Positions 14,421 to 28,565 of a stretch of 64,000 nucleotides of DNA are shown here, one piece after another. Source of the stretch: Eledone cirrhosa. Its lineage: Eukaryota. The position numbers and the translations under genes are program-made. The notes beneath the pieces were generated by a model. That model worked only from the letters and a program-made list of their open reading frames with translations, was not told the DNA's origin and did no database searches. Every line of letters starts with the position of its first letter. The stretch's first letter is position 1. The DNA lies in the NCBI GenBank assembly GCA_964016885.1, contig OZ024740.1, positions 309,380,001 to 309,444,000 on the forward strand, read 5' to 3'.

Positions 14421-14423
<3 letters not shown>
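13815..14423 (+). mobile_element. Non-autonomous bipartite RTE derivative (5' UTR plus 3' end), about 610 bp
   Basis: ctaggagaaggaaaactctgat RTE 5'UTR-like motif; 3' HKCSVCTRVFKSLAGLKS zinc-finger-like remnant; near-identical inverted copy at 18408-19015. Confidence 0.65.
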
Positions 14424-14495
<72 letters not shown>

Positions 14496-14514
14496 CATAC
14501 ATATATATATATAT

Positions 14515-15200
14515 TATAGCATTTATTTATGTTCATACACAAAACAAAAGCACTACCTAATGTTTCAAGGCCCAATATTGACCATTTCGCCAGAATATAA
14601 GAGGGATCAAAATTGTGACCTAATTTTCAGGTCCTTATACGAGTTTATAAGATATTGTTAAAAGTGAAGCATGCTTAAATCTAATTTATGAAAAACGTAT
14701 TATAACAAAACGAAATTTGGAATAGCAAATTTGTACACATTTTATTATTCGTGGGCTATAGCAGATGTATGATATTTTATGGTGGTATGTAATATAGAGA
14801 TGGTAATATTTATTAAGGTATGGAGTAGAGTAATATAGAAGGTGTACTGTATTATGTAAGTGTGAAAAGAGAAAGAGAATGTATATAAGTCAAATTATAA
14901 TGTGGTTGAAAATCAATTGAATTTCTTGAGTATTTCTATTTAGCAAGCAGTTTGCTTTTGGGATGGAAGCATCCTCTAAAAATTTCGCTCTTTTAGTTCA
15001 AATAATTATTGTTGAGAGACGACAAACTTTATAATATTCTAAATTTTTCACTAAGATAGAGACGACATCTCTTGGTACCATTGGTGTAAGGTTTTGATGA
15101 TCTTTCAAGTATATTCCAAATAATTTTGTGGGACTCCTTTTTCCTTTTATTGAGAATCAGTACAGCCCTGGCAAAAAAGTTTGGTAATTAAAAGAGAAAC
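14515..15200 (-). mobile_element. Penelope-like element 3' remnant with degenerate hammerhead
   Basis: Minus translation IIWNILERSSKPYTNGTKRCRLYLSEKFRI...LN*KSEIFRGCFHPKSKLL matches a PLE endonuclease C-terminus; 14549-14637 is homologous to the hammerhead at 35672. Confidence 0.75.
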
Positions 15201-15709
15201 ACTGGAGATACATTGGTTTGGTGCTTTAAGATTGATACAACCGGTTCCATTGCACATGGGACAATAACAAATAGACACAAGACAAGACAATTGGGCTTTT
15301 GACAATTTACAAATAAGATAAAATATGCTACAAACCAATGAGCTGCAATTTGAAAAGAAGAGATAGAGACAAGGCCCAATGTATCAATTAGCTACAAAGA
15401 AGAAGTGAAAGGAGAAGAGGGAAGAGATAGAGAATATATAAACATTAATAGAAAAAAAAACCTTTTTCCTTGTTTAGTCGTTAAATCCTAAATGAACAGA
15501 GAGAGAGAGAGAGAGTGAGTGGGGAAAGAAAGAGATGGGAGAACAAATATATATATCTTCTTCATCATCATCATCATTTAACGTCCACTCTCCCTGCTAG
15601 CAAGAGTTGGACCGATCTACATAGACCAAGCAAGAACTGAAACAAGGCCACTGATATCCCAGACAGGCTGAGGAGGTCTGTATCCTGCTTATGTATGGTC
15701 ATTATCAAA

Positions 15710-15900
15710 TGTGGATTGGCAGCATCGGTAGAGGGTCTGATGCCATGTTTGCAGCAAAGAGTTACAGCCCTTTATGATCTGAGTTCAAATCCCACCAAGG
15801 TTAACTTTGCCTTTCATCCTTACGGTGTTGATAAAATAAAGCAGCACTAATACACTGGGATAATTGCTGGCCTTGTGCCAAATGTAGAAATAATTATCAA
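15710..15900 (+). mobile_element. tRNA-derived SINE
   Basis: Same family as 6148-6530. Confidence 0.8.
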
Positions 15901-16689
15901 ATGCAGAAAAGTCACTGTCTTTTAATACAAACTGAAGGATCCTCCTAACTCCTTGTTTGGGAAGCTTTCTATGACAGGATGCCCTTCCTAACGCAAACCC
16001 CTTTACAGCATGTGCTGGGTGCTTTTATTGTGTAGATCTAGGGAGAATGTCAAGTACTTGATATAACTAAATGGTTCTCTCAACACTTTGTTTGGCAAGC
16101 TTTCTATGGCTGGATGCCCTTTCCATCACCAACAACTTCACAGCGTGTGGTGGGTGCATTTGTCATGTAGATCACCAACACTAGAGAGGTTGATGTGTCT
16201 TTGGCACAGCTGAAAGGTCCTCTCAACCCTTTTAGGCATGGTTTTTTACAGTGAGGTGTCCTTCCTGTCACCAACCACCCAAATGGAGTGTACTGGGTAC
16301 ATTTTTGTGGCATGATTACTAGAGAGGTTGTTGGTTATAGACCCAACAGTAGAGCCCTCACAGTTATGGGGAGAGAGATAGGTACTAAGTTCTAGGGGTT
16401 TGTGAGGATGTGTAGAGATGGCTGATTAGTGTATGGGGATGTAGTGGTGTGAGGGATGTGGTCAATATGATGGGGGTGGGAATGTGATGGGGTAAGGTGT
16501 ATCTGTAGCTGGTTAGTGGTGTGGGGAGAGGCGATTTAGTGGTGTGGGGGTGGGGGATGTGCTCAACAGTGGGGGTGAGTCGTAGTGGAAAGGGAGTAGT
16601 GAGGGGATAAGGGGGGGGGGGGTGAACAAGGGGTAGAGAGTGTAGCTACTAGGGTGCAATGGTGAGGATACCTCAAGTATTTAGAAAGG

Positions 16690-17680
16690 GTAGTAGTTAA
16701 GGAGCGCTTCTGGAGCAGGTATGGGTAGTGGGTGCAGTAGTAGTGAGGAGTTTAAAACTGGCATTCCGTGGGAGCTCTTATTTGCTGCTGACCTAGTCCT
16801 TATAGCTGAAGCCGTAGGAAAGTTAGAGATAAAATTTTAATCATTGAAGAAGAACCTAGAGTTGAAAAGCCTAAAACAAAATTAGCAAAGATGAAAGTGC
16901 TAATAAGTAGGAAAGAGGACAGAAGGGTGTCACCATCAGGAAATAGCCTTGTTTGAGATGTCAGAAAGGGGTGGACAGGAATTATATAAGGTGCACCGTA
17001 TGCAGTCTTTGGGCACACAAGAGATGTAGTGAGATTGCAAGCAGTGGAAAAGATAGACTTTGAATGTAGCAGATGCACAGGAGAAGTAAGCACTAAGAAC
17101 TCATGTGAAGTACATTCCTTCAGCAGCCAGAGAGGTTCCTTAGAAGTTGTCAACAACTTCTTTTACTTAGTCGATCAAATTAGCAGTGGGAGAGGATGCA
17201 CTGAATGTGTGATAGCCAGGATCAGAACAGGCTGGAAGAAGTTTAGAGATCTAATACTTCTGCTGACAACAAAGTGCTTCTCACTCAGAGTGAAGGGTAG
17301 ATTATATGATGCCTGCATTTGAACTGCAGAAGGCCTGTGAAGGCTGGAGAGAAATGAAGTAAGTAGGCACTGATGGATGTATAGTGTTAGTGGGCATGAA
17401 CAATATAGCAGAAGTGAACTGAGGGAAAAACTTGGCGTACGAGGAATTGGATGTAATGTGCAAGAGAGAAGATTGTGTTGGTATGGACATGTGATGCATA
17501 TGGGGGATAGCTGCAGCATAAAAAAATGCAGAGCAATCCCAGTGACTGAAACTCGAGGAAAAGCCAGACCCAGGAAAACATAAAATGAGGTAGTGAGGGT
17601 GACTTTAAGAAACTAAGCCTCACAACTAACATGAGAAAGGATCACTACACTGTGATATTGAAGATCCAACCAGAAGCATA
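16690..17680 (+). mobile_element. RTE-clade LINE 3' fragment (decayed)
   Basis: ELLFAADLVL, RIRTGWKKFRDL, ERRLCWYGHVM, RGKARPRKT. Confidence 0.85.
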
Positions 17681-18407
17681 CAATATAACCTGACCCATCC
17701 ATCTATTTGGCTTGTATGTTCTTCTGATTGGTAGGTAATCAGATGGCTGGCTGGTTTCTTAAAGTTTGTGTTACAGATTATTAAGTTGAGAGCATCACAG
17801 AACTACATACAAACATACATACATACATACATACATATATACATGCATACATACATGATGGCTGCCTCCTTGTTATCGAGTATGGCCATTGCACAATATA
17901 CCATTATTAATAATTATTAATTAATTCTATCATGCAATGCCTGTGCGTGAAGATATTTTTTAAAGTGAGGAAAGACTGTGCACTGAGCCAATCCCACTCT
18001 CTGAGCGGCAGTAGCTATAACCCGAAAAGAAGAAAAGATCAACATCATCGGTAACTACTGAACCGCAGGTTTTATATCAGAGTTATCCATCCTAGTTTCT
18101 TGAGTTGCCTTCTCCTAGAAGAATGCCCTGACAAAAGCTAGGGGGTCCTTCACTCCCAGTGTTTTAACCGCGTGATCGGGTGTCCAGCCCGACTATTTCT
18201 ATGTCCCCACGCATATACATACACATGCACCCATGTATATACACATATACATATACACACATATGTACATGTGTATATACATATTTACACACTTTTGGAT
18301 GGCCGTTGACGCTTATGAGTTCTTCCGCCCTTTGTCAGGTTTTATATTTGTCCTGCAGGGTGTCCTAAATCCCCTTCCTAACCAAGTAAACATACATACA
18401 TACATAC

Positions 18408-19015
18408 ATGGTGGCTGCCAACTCGTTTTCGAGTACGGCCACTACTTTATATCCATGTAGGAGAACCCCTACCAATGCGCTGAACGAGTGTGACTTTTTA
18501 GTCCAGCCAGCGACTTGAAAACTCTGGTACAAACACTACACTTGTGACAATTATTGACACATAGTGCTGGGCCCATGGTACCATGTGACGACAAGTGCAG
18601 AGAGATCTCCATATATAAAGCAATGCCTGTGCCATGAAGCTTTTATAGTGAGCAAAGGCACTGCACAAAGCCAGTCCCACTCTCTTAACCAAGATGATAT
18701 TTACCAAAAAGAAGAACAAGTCAACATCATTGGATACCATCAGGGTTGCAGGTGTTATATCAGAGTTTTCCTTCTCCTAGAATTCTGCCTTGACAAAGGC
18801 TAAGGGGTCATCTCTCCCGGTGATTTTGGATGGCCATTGACACTTAAGAGCTCCTTTGCCTTTTGACAGGTTTTGTTTTTAGTCCTGCAGGATGTCCAAA
18901 GTCACCCTCCTCACCAAGAAACCTTGGTGGGGTTGCCAGTTTAGTCGCCAACGACCCGACTATGACAGGTTGTACTGGGATACATGTTACCAGTAGCACC
19001 AACTGGTGACCTGAC
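18408..19015 (-). mobile_element. Second copy of the bipartite RTE derivative
   Basis: Reverse complement of 13815-14423 with few substitutions; flanked by (CATA)n. Confidence 0.7.
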
Positions 19016-19529
19016 ATACATACATACATACATACATACATACATACATACATACATACATACATACATACATACATACATACATACATACATACATACA
19101 TACATACATAGAGAGACAGACAGACATAATATATATAATATATCAAACCATATCAAAAGATGTATTATATATATAGTGTAATATGATATATGTATAATAT
19201 TGTTGACTGCTGTTGGACCATTGGCATCTTTGACATGTTCCACAGGTGATTTAATGAACAGAATTGCCTGCTTGTAAAATTTGCATGTAAGTGACAAAGC
19301 ATTCCACAGACATGCTCTCACAACACAGTTCTCAGGGAGATTCAGCAAGACACAATGTGTGTCAAAGCCAACTCCTTCAATTACAGGTACAACTCATTTT
19401 TGCCAGGTGAGTGGACTGAAGCAACATAAAATGTGACTTGCTCAAGGACAGCACAGAGGGACGGAACAATACTGCAAATCATTCTATCCAACATTTTAAA
19501 GACTCATGTATATATGCATATATATATAC

Positions 19530-19598
<69 letters not shown>

Positions 19599-19645
19599 CC
19601 TATATGTATATATATATATATATACATATACATATACATATATAC

Positions 19646-19692
<47 letters not shown>

Positions 19693-19695
<3 letters not shown>

Positions 19696-20082
19696 GAGGG
19701 TAATCCCAAAAGTAAGGTCTGCGATGGGGATGCAGAGAAACTGTTCGTACGGCTGTTGGCAACACTGTTGTGATTGGTGCTTCCTTCACTCCCAAACAAG
19801 CATGCGTCATGCGTGCACTTCGCTGGGATGCTCAATCTTGGCTTGGCAGCCATTGAGAATGGAGCTCCCATTGAATGCTACTGCTAAGTGTGAATTTCGC
19901 GCAGTTATTATATATGAGGGCAATCCCAAAAGTAAGGTCTCCTTCTGAGGAAAACATGCGTAAAGAAGATCGGCGGAGGATGCTCTCTGCATTTTGGTTC
20001 CTGAGGTTTGCCGAAGCACCATCCACAGGATTTTAACGGAAAAGTTGCAATATCGGGAGGAGACCTTACTTTTACGATTGCC

Positions 20083-20088
<6 letters not shown>
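19693..20088 (+). mobile_element. Mariner-derived internally deleted/nested element
   Basis: TIR tacgagggtaatcccaaaagtaaggtct at 19693, repeated at 19913, inverted at 20059-20088; [17 protein letters not shown] transposase N-terminus; TA flanks. Confidence 0.8.
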
Positions 20089-20145
<57 letters not shown>

Positions 20146-20303
20146 AGTTTCAGAAGATCCTGTTAAGGGTGAAAACAGCGATTCTTTGCTTAAAGTTTAA
20201 TCTGTTATTTTAATAAATATTTGCTCTACGGTTCATATATATTTGATATATATTTATCCTTATCAAGCCCTCTTTGGATTTTAGTCTTCAAATTTATTAT
20301 TAT

Positions 20304-20352
<49 letters not shown>

Positions 20353-20482
20353 ATGTATATATATATATATATAAGAAGAAATTAAAAGATGGTTAGAAAA
20401 GTTCCATGTATTTTATTATGCGCATCTCAAAAACAAATATCATCCAGGGACGATATTTGCGTTCTTATCAGATATGTCTCCC

Positions 20483-20553
20483 TATTTTATCTGATGAGAA
20501 CACAAATATCGTCTCTGGATGATATTTGTTTTTGAAATGCGCATAATAAAATA
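20483..20553 (+). ncRNA. Hammerhead ribozyme motif (AUA site, GCGC loop III)
   Basis: tattttat CTGATGA gaacacaaatatcgtc tctg gatgatatttgttttt GAAAT gcgc ATA ataaaata; 8-bp stem I, long stem II, U-A pair replaces C-G in stem III. Confidence 0.85.
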
Positions 20554-21728
20554 CATGGAACTTTTCTAACTATCTTTTAATTTCTTCTTATATATACTCC
20601 AGTCCAATAAACTGTTGAGTGCTACTTATCCAATATTTGCATTGCTTTATTGTGCTACAATAAAATTCACCTCCTACATATATATATATAGGAAAAGAGT
20701 CGGAACCGACTCTTTTCCTATTACCCACTCTACTACCCAAAGTATCGAGTACTCTGGTGTGTTATGGTCCACCTGGTTCCTTACCACACTTCCTTCGTTA
20801 TATATATATATAACCCATGTTAGCATGGAAAATGGATGTTAAACGATGATGATGATGATATATAATATATATATTAAAAAAAAAATGTATATATAATGTA
20901 TTATATATATATATATAATAGTAGTAGTAATAATATTATTAACTGGAGTATTAAAACTGCTTTACCGATTGCTTCAAAGCTCAATGCAATGGGGTTCATA
21001 AGTGCTGTTATATTAATTTCAAAAACACCTTGAATCTTCAGTGTTTTCAAAATTAATATATATATATATAACTGAACAAAAATGAAAAAACGAACACAGA
21101 CATATATATATATGTGTTCAAATTGTAATGGACCAAAATCGCTAAGGTGAAAAAAATACTAGTAGTTACCACAATACTGGTTTGTATTTATTTTTCTTAA
21201 TTTGTTCTTAAATTGAGCCCAGCAAACCCTATTGTCTGTAGTTAGTATTTTTTTCACCTTAGCGATTTTGGTCCATTACGATTTGAATACAATATATATA
21301 TGTGTCTGTGTTCGTTTTTTTCCTTTTTGTTCAGTTATATACGGCTCGGAAAAGCCTTTTTCCTAGAGCTAATTTACTGTAATGAGACTATTTTGAGTTT
21401 CTAACTCAATACAAGCTTTTGATATATATATATATATAGTAAAGTGGGTTAAACCAGTGTTCTAAATAGCTTGCCAAGTCATGCTGTCAGCATGACTTGG
21501 CAAGCTATTTAGAACACTGGTTTAACCGCTTTACTTCCCTCCGAAAAAGAGATATTATCTTGAAAATTAAGGACATTTAAAATAAATCTAAGGTAAAAGA
21601 CTAATTGTCAACAATATCTTTTGCATTTGCATTCTTTATTCTATGTCCATACCTGCATTGTCTTGGTTTTACAAATACAAACGTTTATTACCTCATTACA
21701 CAATGCTTCAAGTGAACTATAACTTCCT

Positions 21729-21761
<33 letters not shown>

Positions 21762-21837
21762 CGAAGGAAATGTGGTAAGGAACCAGGTGGACCATAATTT
21801 TAGTCCAGAATTAGTAGCCGTCGGGGTCCTACTTGTT

Positions 21838-22453
<616 letters not shown>

Positions 22454-22518
22454 ATGTATATATATATGTATATATATGTATATATATGTATATGTATATA
22501 TACATGTATATATATATG

Positions 22519-22551
<33 letters not shown>

Positions 22552-22648
22552 GTATATATATATGTATATATGTATGTAGTTATATATATGTATATATATA
22601 TATGTATATATATATATACAAATATATATATACATATATATATATATA

Positions 22649-23817
22649 TATGAGGTTGTCTCACATGAAATGTTGTATTTGAAATGGAAAGAATAAAATT
22701 GTTTTAAGTGTTTAATTTATTCAAAATATGATCGTTGTTTACATTTGACCTTCGCCCAACGTTCCTCTAAGGCATATATTCCATCTTCAAAGAATTTATC
22801 ATCTTTTGCACTGATAAACTTTCCGAATGCTTCAATTACCTCTTCTTTATTTAAGAATGTTTTATTGCGTATAAAAAGCTCATAAGTGATAATCAGTAGG
22901 AGAGATATCAGGAGAATAGGGAGGATGTTGCAAAATTTCATAATTCAGAATTTGCAACTTGTGGACCGTAGCTTGAGAGGTGTGAGGCCGTGCATTATCG
23001 TGAAGCAAAAATTGGGCCATCTCTATTCATTAGTCTGGGATGCTTCTTCTTCAATTTTTCATACATACGATCAATTTTCTGACAATATGATGTTGCTGTT
23101 ACAGTATTGCCTTGTTGCAAAAATGAATTTGCAGACCACCATACAGTGACCATCAACTTCTTATGGTGCAATGGTGGTTTCGGGTACTGTTATCGAAGAG
23201 TATCCATTTCTTATCGCACGTAATGAGTCGATGCAAAAATGGATCTCTTTCGAACCGAGAAACCATTGAGCACACTGTAAGACGCCTGTTTCTTTGAATC
23301 TCATTAAGAAGTTGATGTGGAACAAACCTGTCCATCTTTTGACTTTTCCAATTTTCTTCACGTGTCGAGAAACAGTTGAGCGAGATGTCTGGAGCTCAGA
23401 TGAGATTTTTCAAACCGTTGTTCTCGGATTTTGTTTAACCAAAGCATTCAATTCATCATGGCGAATTACTGATATGGGTCTCGCTTTTGGTTCATTTTTA
23501 AGGCTCTCATTTCCTGAACGAAATCTTTGAAACCATCTCTGGACAGTTCTGGTGTCGAATCGTTATCAAAAGCTCGCTTAATGTTTTGTAGGGCTTCTGA
23601 GGCCAAGTGACCCAGCTTGTATTCGTAAAAGAAAACCACTCGGTATTGTTCAGTTGTCAACATTGTCATAGGATTGTGGGTAGCAATTTTGAATGGTAAT
23701 ATTGTCTGGAATAAAAGATAGTTAAGATTAAACTCAAGCATACACATAATCGAGCTTATAAATGGCTGATAAAGAAACTTATTAAAAATACGACATTTCA
23801 TGTGAGACAACCTAATA
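22649..23817 (-). mobile_element. Mariner transposon with decayed transposase
   Basis: About 30-bp TIRs t(t/g)aggttgtctcacatgaaatgt, TA flanks; YRVVFFYEYKLGH, DRFVPHQL, LITCDKKWILFDN, FFEDGIYALEERW. Confidence 0.92.
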
Positions 23818-23956
23818 TATATATATATATATATATAAAGGTACTGGAAGGTAATATCCATAGTAGTAGAGCACTCAGTCCATGGGATGAGTTTGGTAGA
23901 AATAGTAACACAACAGTTAGTTCACCATACCGAGAACAAATGTTTCACCTTAGAGT

Positions 23957-23996
23957 CTGAGCTGAAGATCCGCTAAGGTGAAACATTTGTTCTCGG
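23957..23996 (+). ncRNA. Compact hammerhead ribozyme motif at the centre of a fold-back
   Basis: ctgag CTGAAGA tccgctaaggt GAAAC attt GTT ctcgg. Confidence 0.65.
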
Positions 23997-24579
23997 TATG
24001 GTGAACTAACTGTTGTGTTACTACTTATATATATACATTTGTAAATAAGACTGTTATTGTTCCAATCCGCCCACAAAACTCTCACTCTAAACCTAACACT
24101 AACCTGCACTCAGGACTCCTGCTAAACCAATCAATGATCCACTTCCCAAATTCAGCACACCAAACGCTGACCACCCACCTTTCAAACTTGGAAAACCGAT
24201 TACGGACTGCAACAGCCACCAAATGGGAAAAACAGACAATGTTAAGCTGCAACTGTGTTGATATAAATCAGTTCATTATTTAATTCAGAGAATTTTTTTT
24301 ATGGCAGGCATTTCAGTGTTGACAGACAAACAAATATTATATGCTATAATAGATTCTGCAGCAGTACAATAACAATGGTTAAAATGTATCAAATCTTAAC
24401 ATGCTGTATTATATACTTCTTTTCATATCGGAGAATATTGCATATAGCTACACTTCAACCCACAACCCTAAAGAATAAACCAGTAGTATGCACATCACAC
24501 TGTTTTTTTTTTATATTTATTTTTCTGGCAACTATCTTACAAATGATCTATGTAGTTTATCAGTTACTCTCAGGTCTCG

Positions 24580-24960
24580 AATAATCTTTCCCACCTGGCT
24601 TATCAATTTTTCAAATTTCTTCCAACTGCTCACTCTTATTCCACCACACCCCTCCCCCAGTTATTAAATTTTGCTAATCTCTCTCGGGCAAAATTTTATT
24701 TTAACTAGTAGCATTCCTGTGAAAATTAATTTTCTTTAGACATTAAAAAACATTATAGATGAGAAAAAAAATGTACATTACTAGAAATCCCATATGCTAC
24801 AAAATAAATAGGATAGGTTGGGGGGTCACAATATGTAAGCTAAATGACTAATTCTGGTTTTTAAAAAAATCAATGGCGACAACCTAGAAAAATTACAGGT
24901 TTTTCCAACACCTCCACCTGTTTACCCCCCCCCCCATTATGTAGGACCCATCCCCACTGA
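24580..24960 (+). repeat. Unclassified dispersed repeat (copies at about 32470-32780 plus and 51440-51670 minus)
   Basis: Shared gtagcattcctg..ttttctttagac..gtacatta.tagaaatcccata..aaaataaatag segments. Confidence 0.7.
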
Positions 24961-25450
24961 GAGTAATTTCTAATGAAGAATATACTTTATATATAATAGA
25001 ATATGGCGTTGATTTTGTTCCATAATTATTAGCATTACAAACATTGATGACAGCAAGATAATAATATAGGTGATAGAAATGGAACTAATGTTTTGAATGT
25101 TAACATTCATGAAGATATCCATGTTTATCTTGTTATCTGAGCAGTTGGCAAATATTTGTATGTATGTGTTAGAGTGCACACATACACACACTCACACACA
25201 CTCACACACACACACACACACACTCACACATATTTGTATAGTGCCCTTTCACCCCCGCTCTCTCTTTCTCTCACTCTTTGCCTGCTCTGTACATATACAC
25301 CTTCTTCAACCCCAATAATAATTCTTTCTCTCTTTCTTTCATTCTCTCATTATATGCTGTCAAATGTGACATGAGACCAATGAACCAACAGACCAACACA
25401 TTTAGAGTATTATTTATTAGTGATATTCATATGCATATATATATATGTAC

Positions 25451-25523
<73 letters not shown>

Positions 25524-25748
25524 TTATTCCGGGTTGAATCGGAGGTAACCACAGTAAGTAAGGAACTCAATACATAGCAGAGTATAAAAGTTTTAATATA
25601 TATATATATGTACATATGTATATATATATATATATATATAAACCCATGCTAGCGTGGAAGATAGACGTTAAACGATGATGATGATGACGATATATATGAC
25701 GATATACATATATATATATATATATATGTGTGTGTACATATATGTGTG

Positions 25749-25803
<55 letters not shown>

Positions 25804-26689
25804 CTGCGCATCCGTATATATGTGCATGTATGTATCTATATGTGTGTGTGTGTGTCTGTGGTTATGTCCCATAACTTAGTGATTCAATAAAAAAGGAGAA
25901 TGATAAAATAAGACTTGTAAAAATAAGTACTGGTGTCAATTTCAACTAAATAAAGGTGGTGGCTTAACATAGGTGTTATCTAATGACTGACTCAGTAAAA
26001 TAATTTGTGTTGACTGTACATGAGATAATAAAGGTATGCTGATATGGAAATGGCTTGAACATATTGGTTGTGTGACCTCCAGCTTGCTACTGAAAACATC
26101 TTTTTATTGTGTGTCACAAGGAAAGAGAAAACAGTATAAATCAAAAGCTGTTTGGTTCGAAAACAGAAATGAAGAACTGAAATGCATGGGAAGGATTTTT
26201 CAGACTTGTTAAAATGGTAAAGTGGAGATCATTTGAAATCACCCTATGTGGCAATAGGCATGGAGTAGACTAAATAATAAATAATTATATACACATATAT
26301 GTATGTTTCTTGTGTGTGAGTATGTATGTATGTATATATATCATCTAACTCGTGCTATCATGGAAAAATGGATGTTAAATGGTAATGATGTTGATATATA
26401 TATAGTGTATGTGATTCATTGAATTACTGGTGGTGGTATTAAAACAAGCACTCTATGTACAGGCAAAGTGTATATATTAGAAGAAATGAGGACATCTTGT
26501 TTACATGTATAAGATTTTTATTGCGTATCGTCCTGTTACATGTGTTTCTTAAAGGATTGGCTCATAGATACATACCCACTTATATATATGTATATATATA
26601 TATATATAATGTATCTTACATTGCCCATTGAGTGCGCTGTAATACAACTGGTACTGGCATTGATAAATATGCTGGGTCCGTCAACCCTT

Positions 26690-26767
<78 letters not shown>

Positions 26768-27603
26768 CTCTTCTATATGAGCGAGACATGGTCACTCAAC
26801 CCAACTTGCCTCTAAATGGGACAAACCCGTCTAACCCATACTAGCATGGAAGATAGACGTTAATCGATGATGATGATGAAGATGATGATGATATATATAT
26901 ATAAGTGGGTATTTTTAGGAAGCCATGAAAACAGGTAGTAATAAGTATTGAGGTAACAAAGTGGGATAAGAAAGGTGAGGATGAATGAAAGAAAGGAAAA
27001 AAAAGGGCCTGAAATATTAGTTATGCTCATATTTTAAAATTATATTTTCTTAATAATTCAAATGAAAAAAAGAGTAAATTATTTAGATGAATGTAATGCC
27101 ATGTAAGTAATAAAATTTAATGAGAAAAGTCTTAAAGTAACTAAAATCCACTAAAATCAAACCCTACTAAATCAAAAGTTGATGGGAAAAAGATGAAATG
27201 AAAAGTTAATACAATCCCAAAATCCCTACAAAATCAAAAATAAAACAAAATGAACATTCGATGAAATAAAAAATGAAATAAAAAACATAACAAAATCAAA
27301 AATTAAATGATCAAAGAAGAAATATAAATTTAGCAAAATAAAAAATTAAACCAAAAAAACTTAAATAAAAAAGAAACAAAATAAAAAAAAAGTACGAAAT
27401 AATAGATGAAATAAAAAATTGGTTTTGTTTTGTTGTTTTTTTATCAGTTGGAGCCAGCTGGCTAAACTGTCCAGCAGAATTTACAGTGGTCAGGTAGACA
27501 CACACACCATCATATTAACCCCCACTCCTATATATATAAGATTGGTTACTCTTGAACTGTGTATATTCCAAACCCATGCAAGCGTGGAAGATGGACGTTA
27601 AAC

Positions 27604-27636
<33 letters not shown>

Positions 27637-27729
27637 ATATATATATATATCATCATATATATATATATATATAATAAGAGGTTAACAGGACTACTACTTC
27701 TAGTGAGCCGTCTGAGCATTTGAAGAAAT

Positions 27730-28565
27730 CCATTTCTTGAGTTCTTTTCCTGTCCCCTACTCCTGCACACCTGTCACTTATGAAGTCTACCTTCTCTGTC
27801 AGCCCACCTGCATCTCTTGTGCATCCATTGTCCACACTATATGCATCATATGGTGTTTCTGCCAACAACATTTCCGTATATTGAGCATAGATATTTACCT
27901 GATGGTATTTGAGTCATATTCTCTTTCCTACTTACTAACACTTTAGTCTTTGCTAGGTTTACTTTGAGGTCATTTGATTCCAGATTTTCTTTCCATGTCT
28001 GGAGCTTCAACTGTTTCTGCTATAAGGGCTAGATCATTAGCATATTGGAACATCCAGTCTTGAATTTCTGTTATGACATGGTGGACTATAATAAACTGAT
28101 TCTTTGTGGACACCTACCCACACACTAAATTCATCATTGTTGTTATTGTTAACCTCCACCTTGTTTATTGTACCCCTGTACATTGTTGATAGCTCTCACA
28201 AGCTTGTCATCTATCATTAGCTTCCTAAGTTCCCACCAGGTTAGAAAGCATGGGAATCTGTCAAAGGAATTTTCCAGGTCAACAAATGCTAAATACTGGG
28301 ACTTATTCTTAACTAAATTCTTCTCATTCATTTGTCATCATTAGTGTTTCTCCCCAGACATAATACCTAACCGCATCTCATAAATGTTTCCCCTAATCAA
28401 CTTTGCTGTGAATCACTCTTTCTGTAACCTTCATAACCTGGTCTAATAATTTGATGCCCCTGTAATTGCCTCTCTCTAGTGTATCTCCTTTAACCTTGTA
28501 GCCTGTCAGTCATTGGGTATGATACCTTTCTGAACTACCTGGCTTATTATACAAATGACTAGTCT
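27730..28565 (-). mobile_element. RTE-clade LINE fragment
   Basis: YLAFVDLENSFDRFP..WWELRKL; related to the 38079-39312 family. Confidence 0.75.

Noticed and set aside
20148-20190. cagaaga tcctgttaagggt gaaaac as a hammerhead
   Set aside because: Core is mutated and there is no convincing stem I or cleavage triplet
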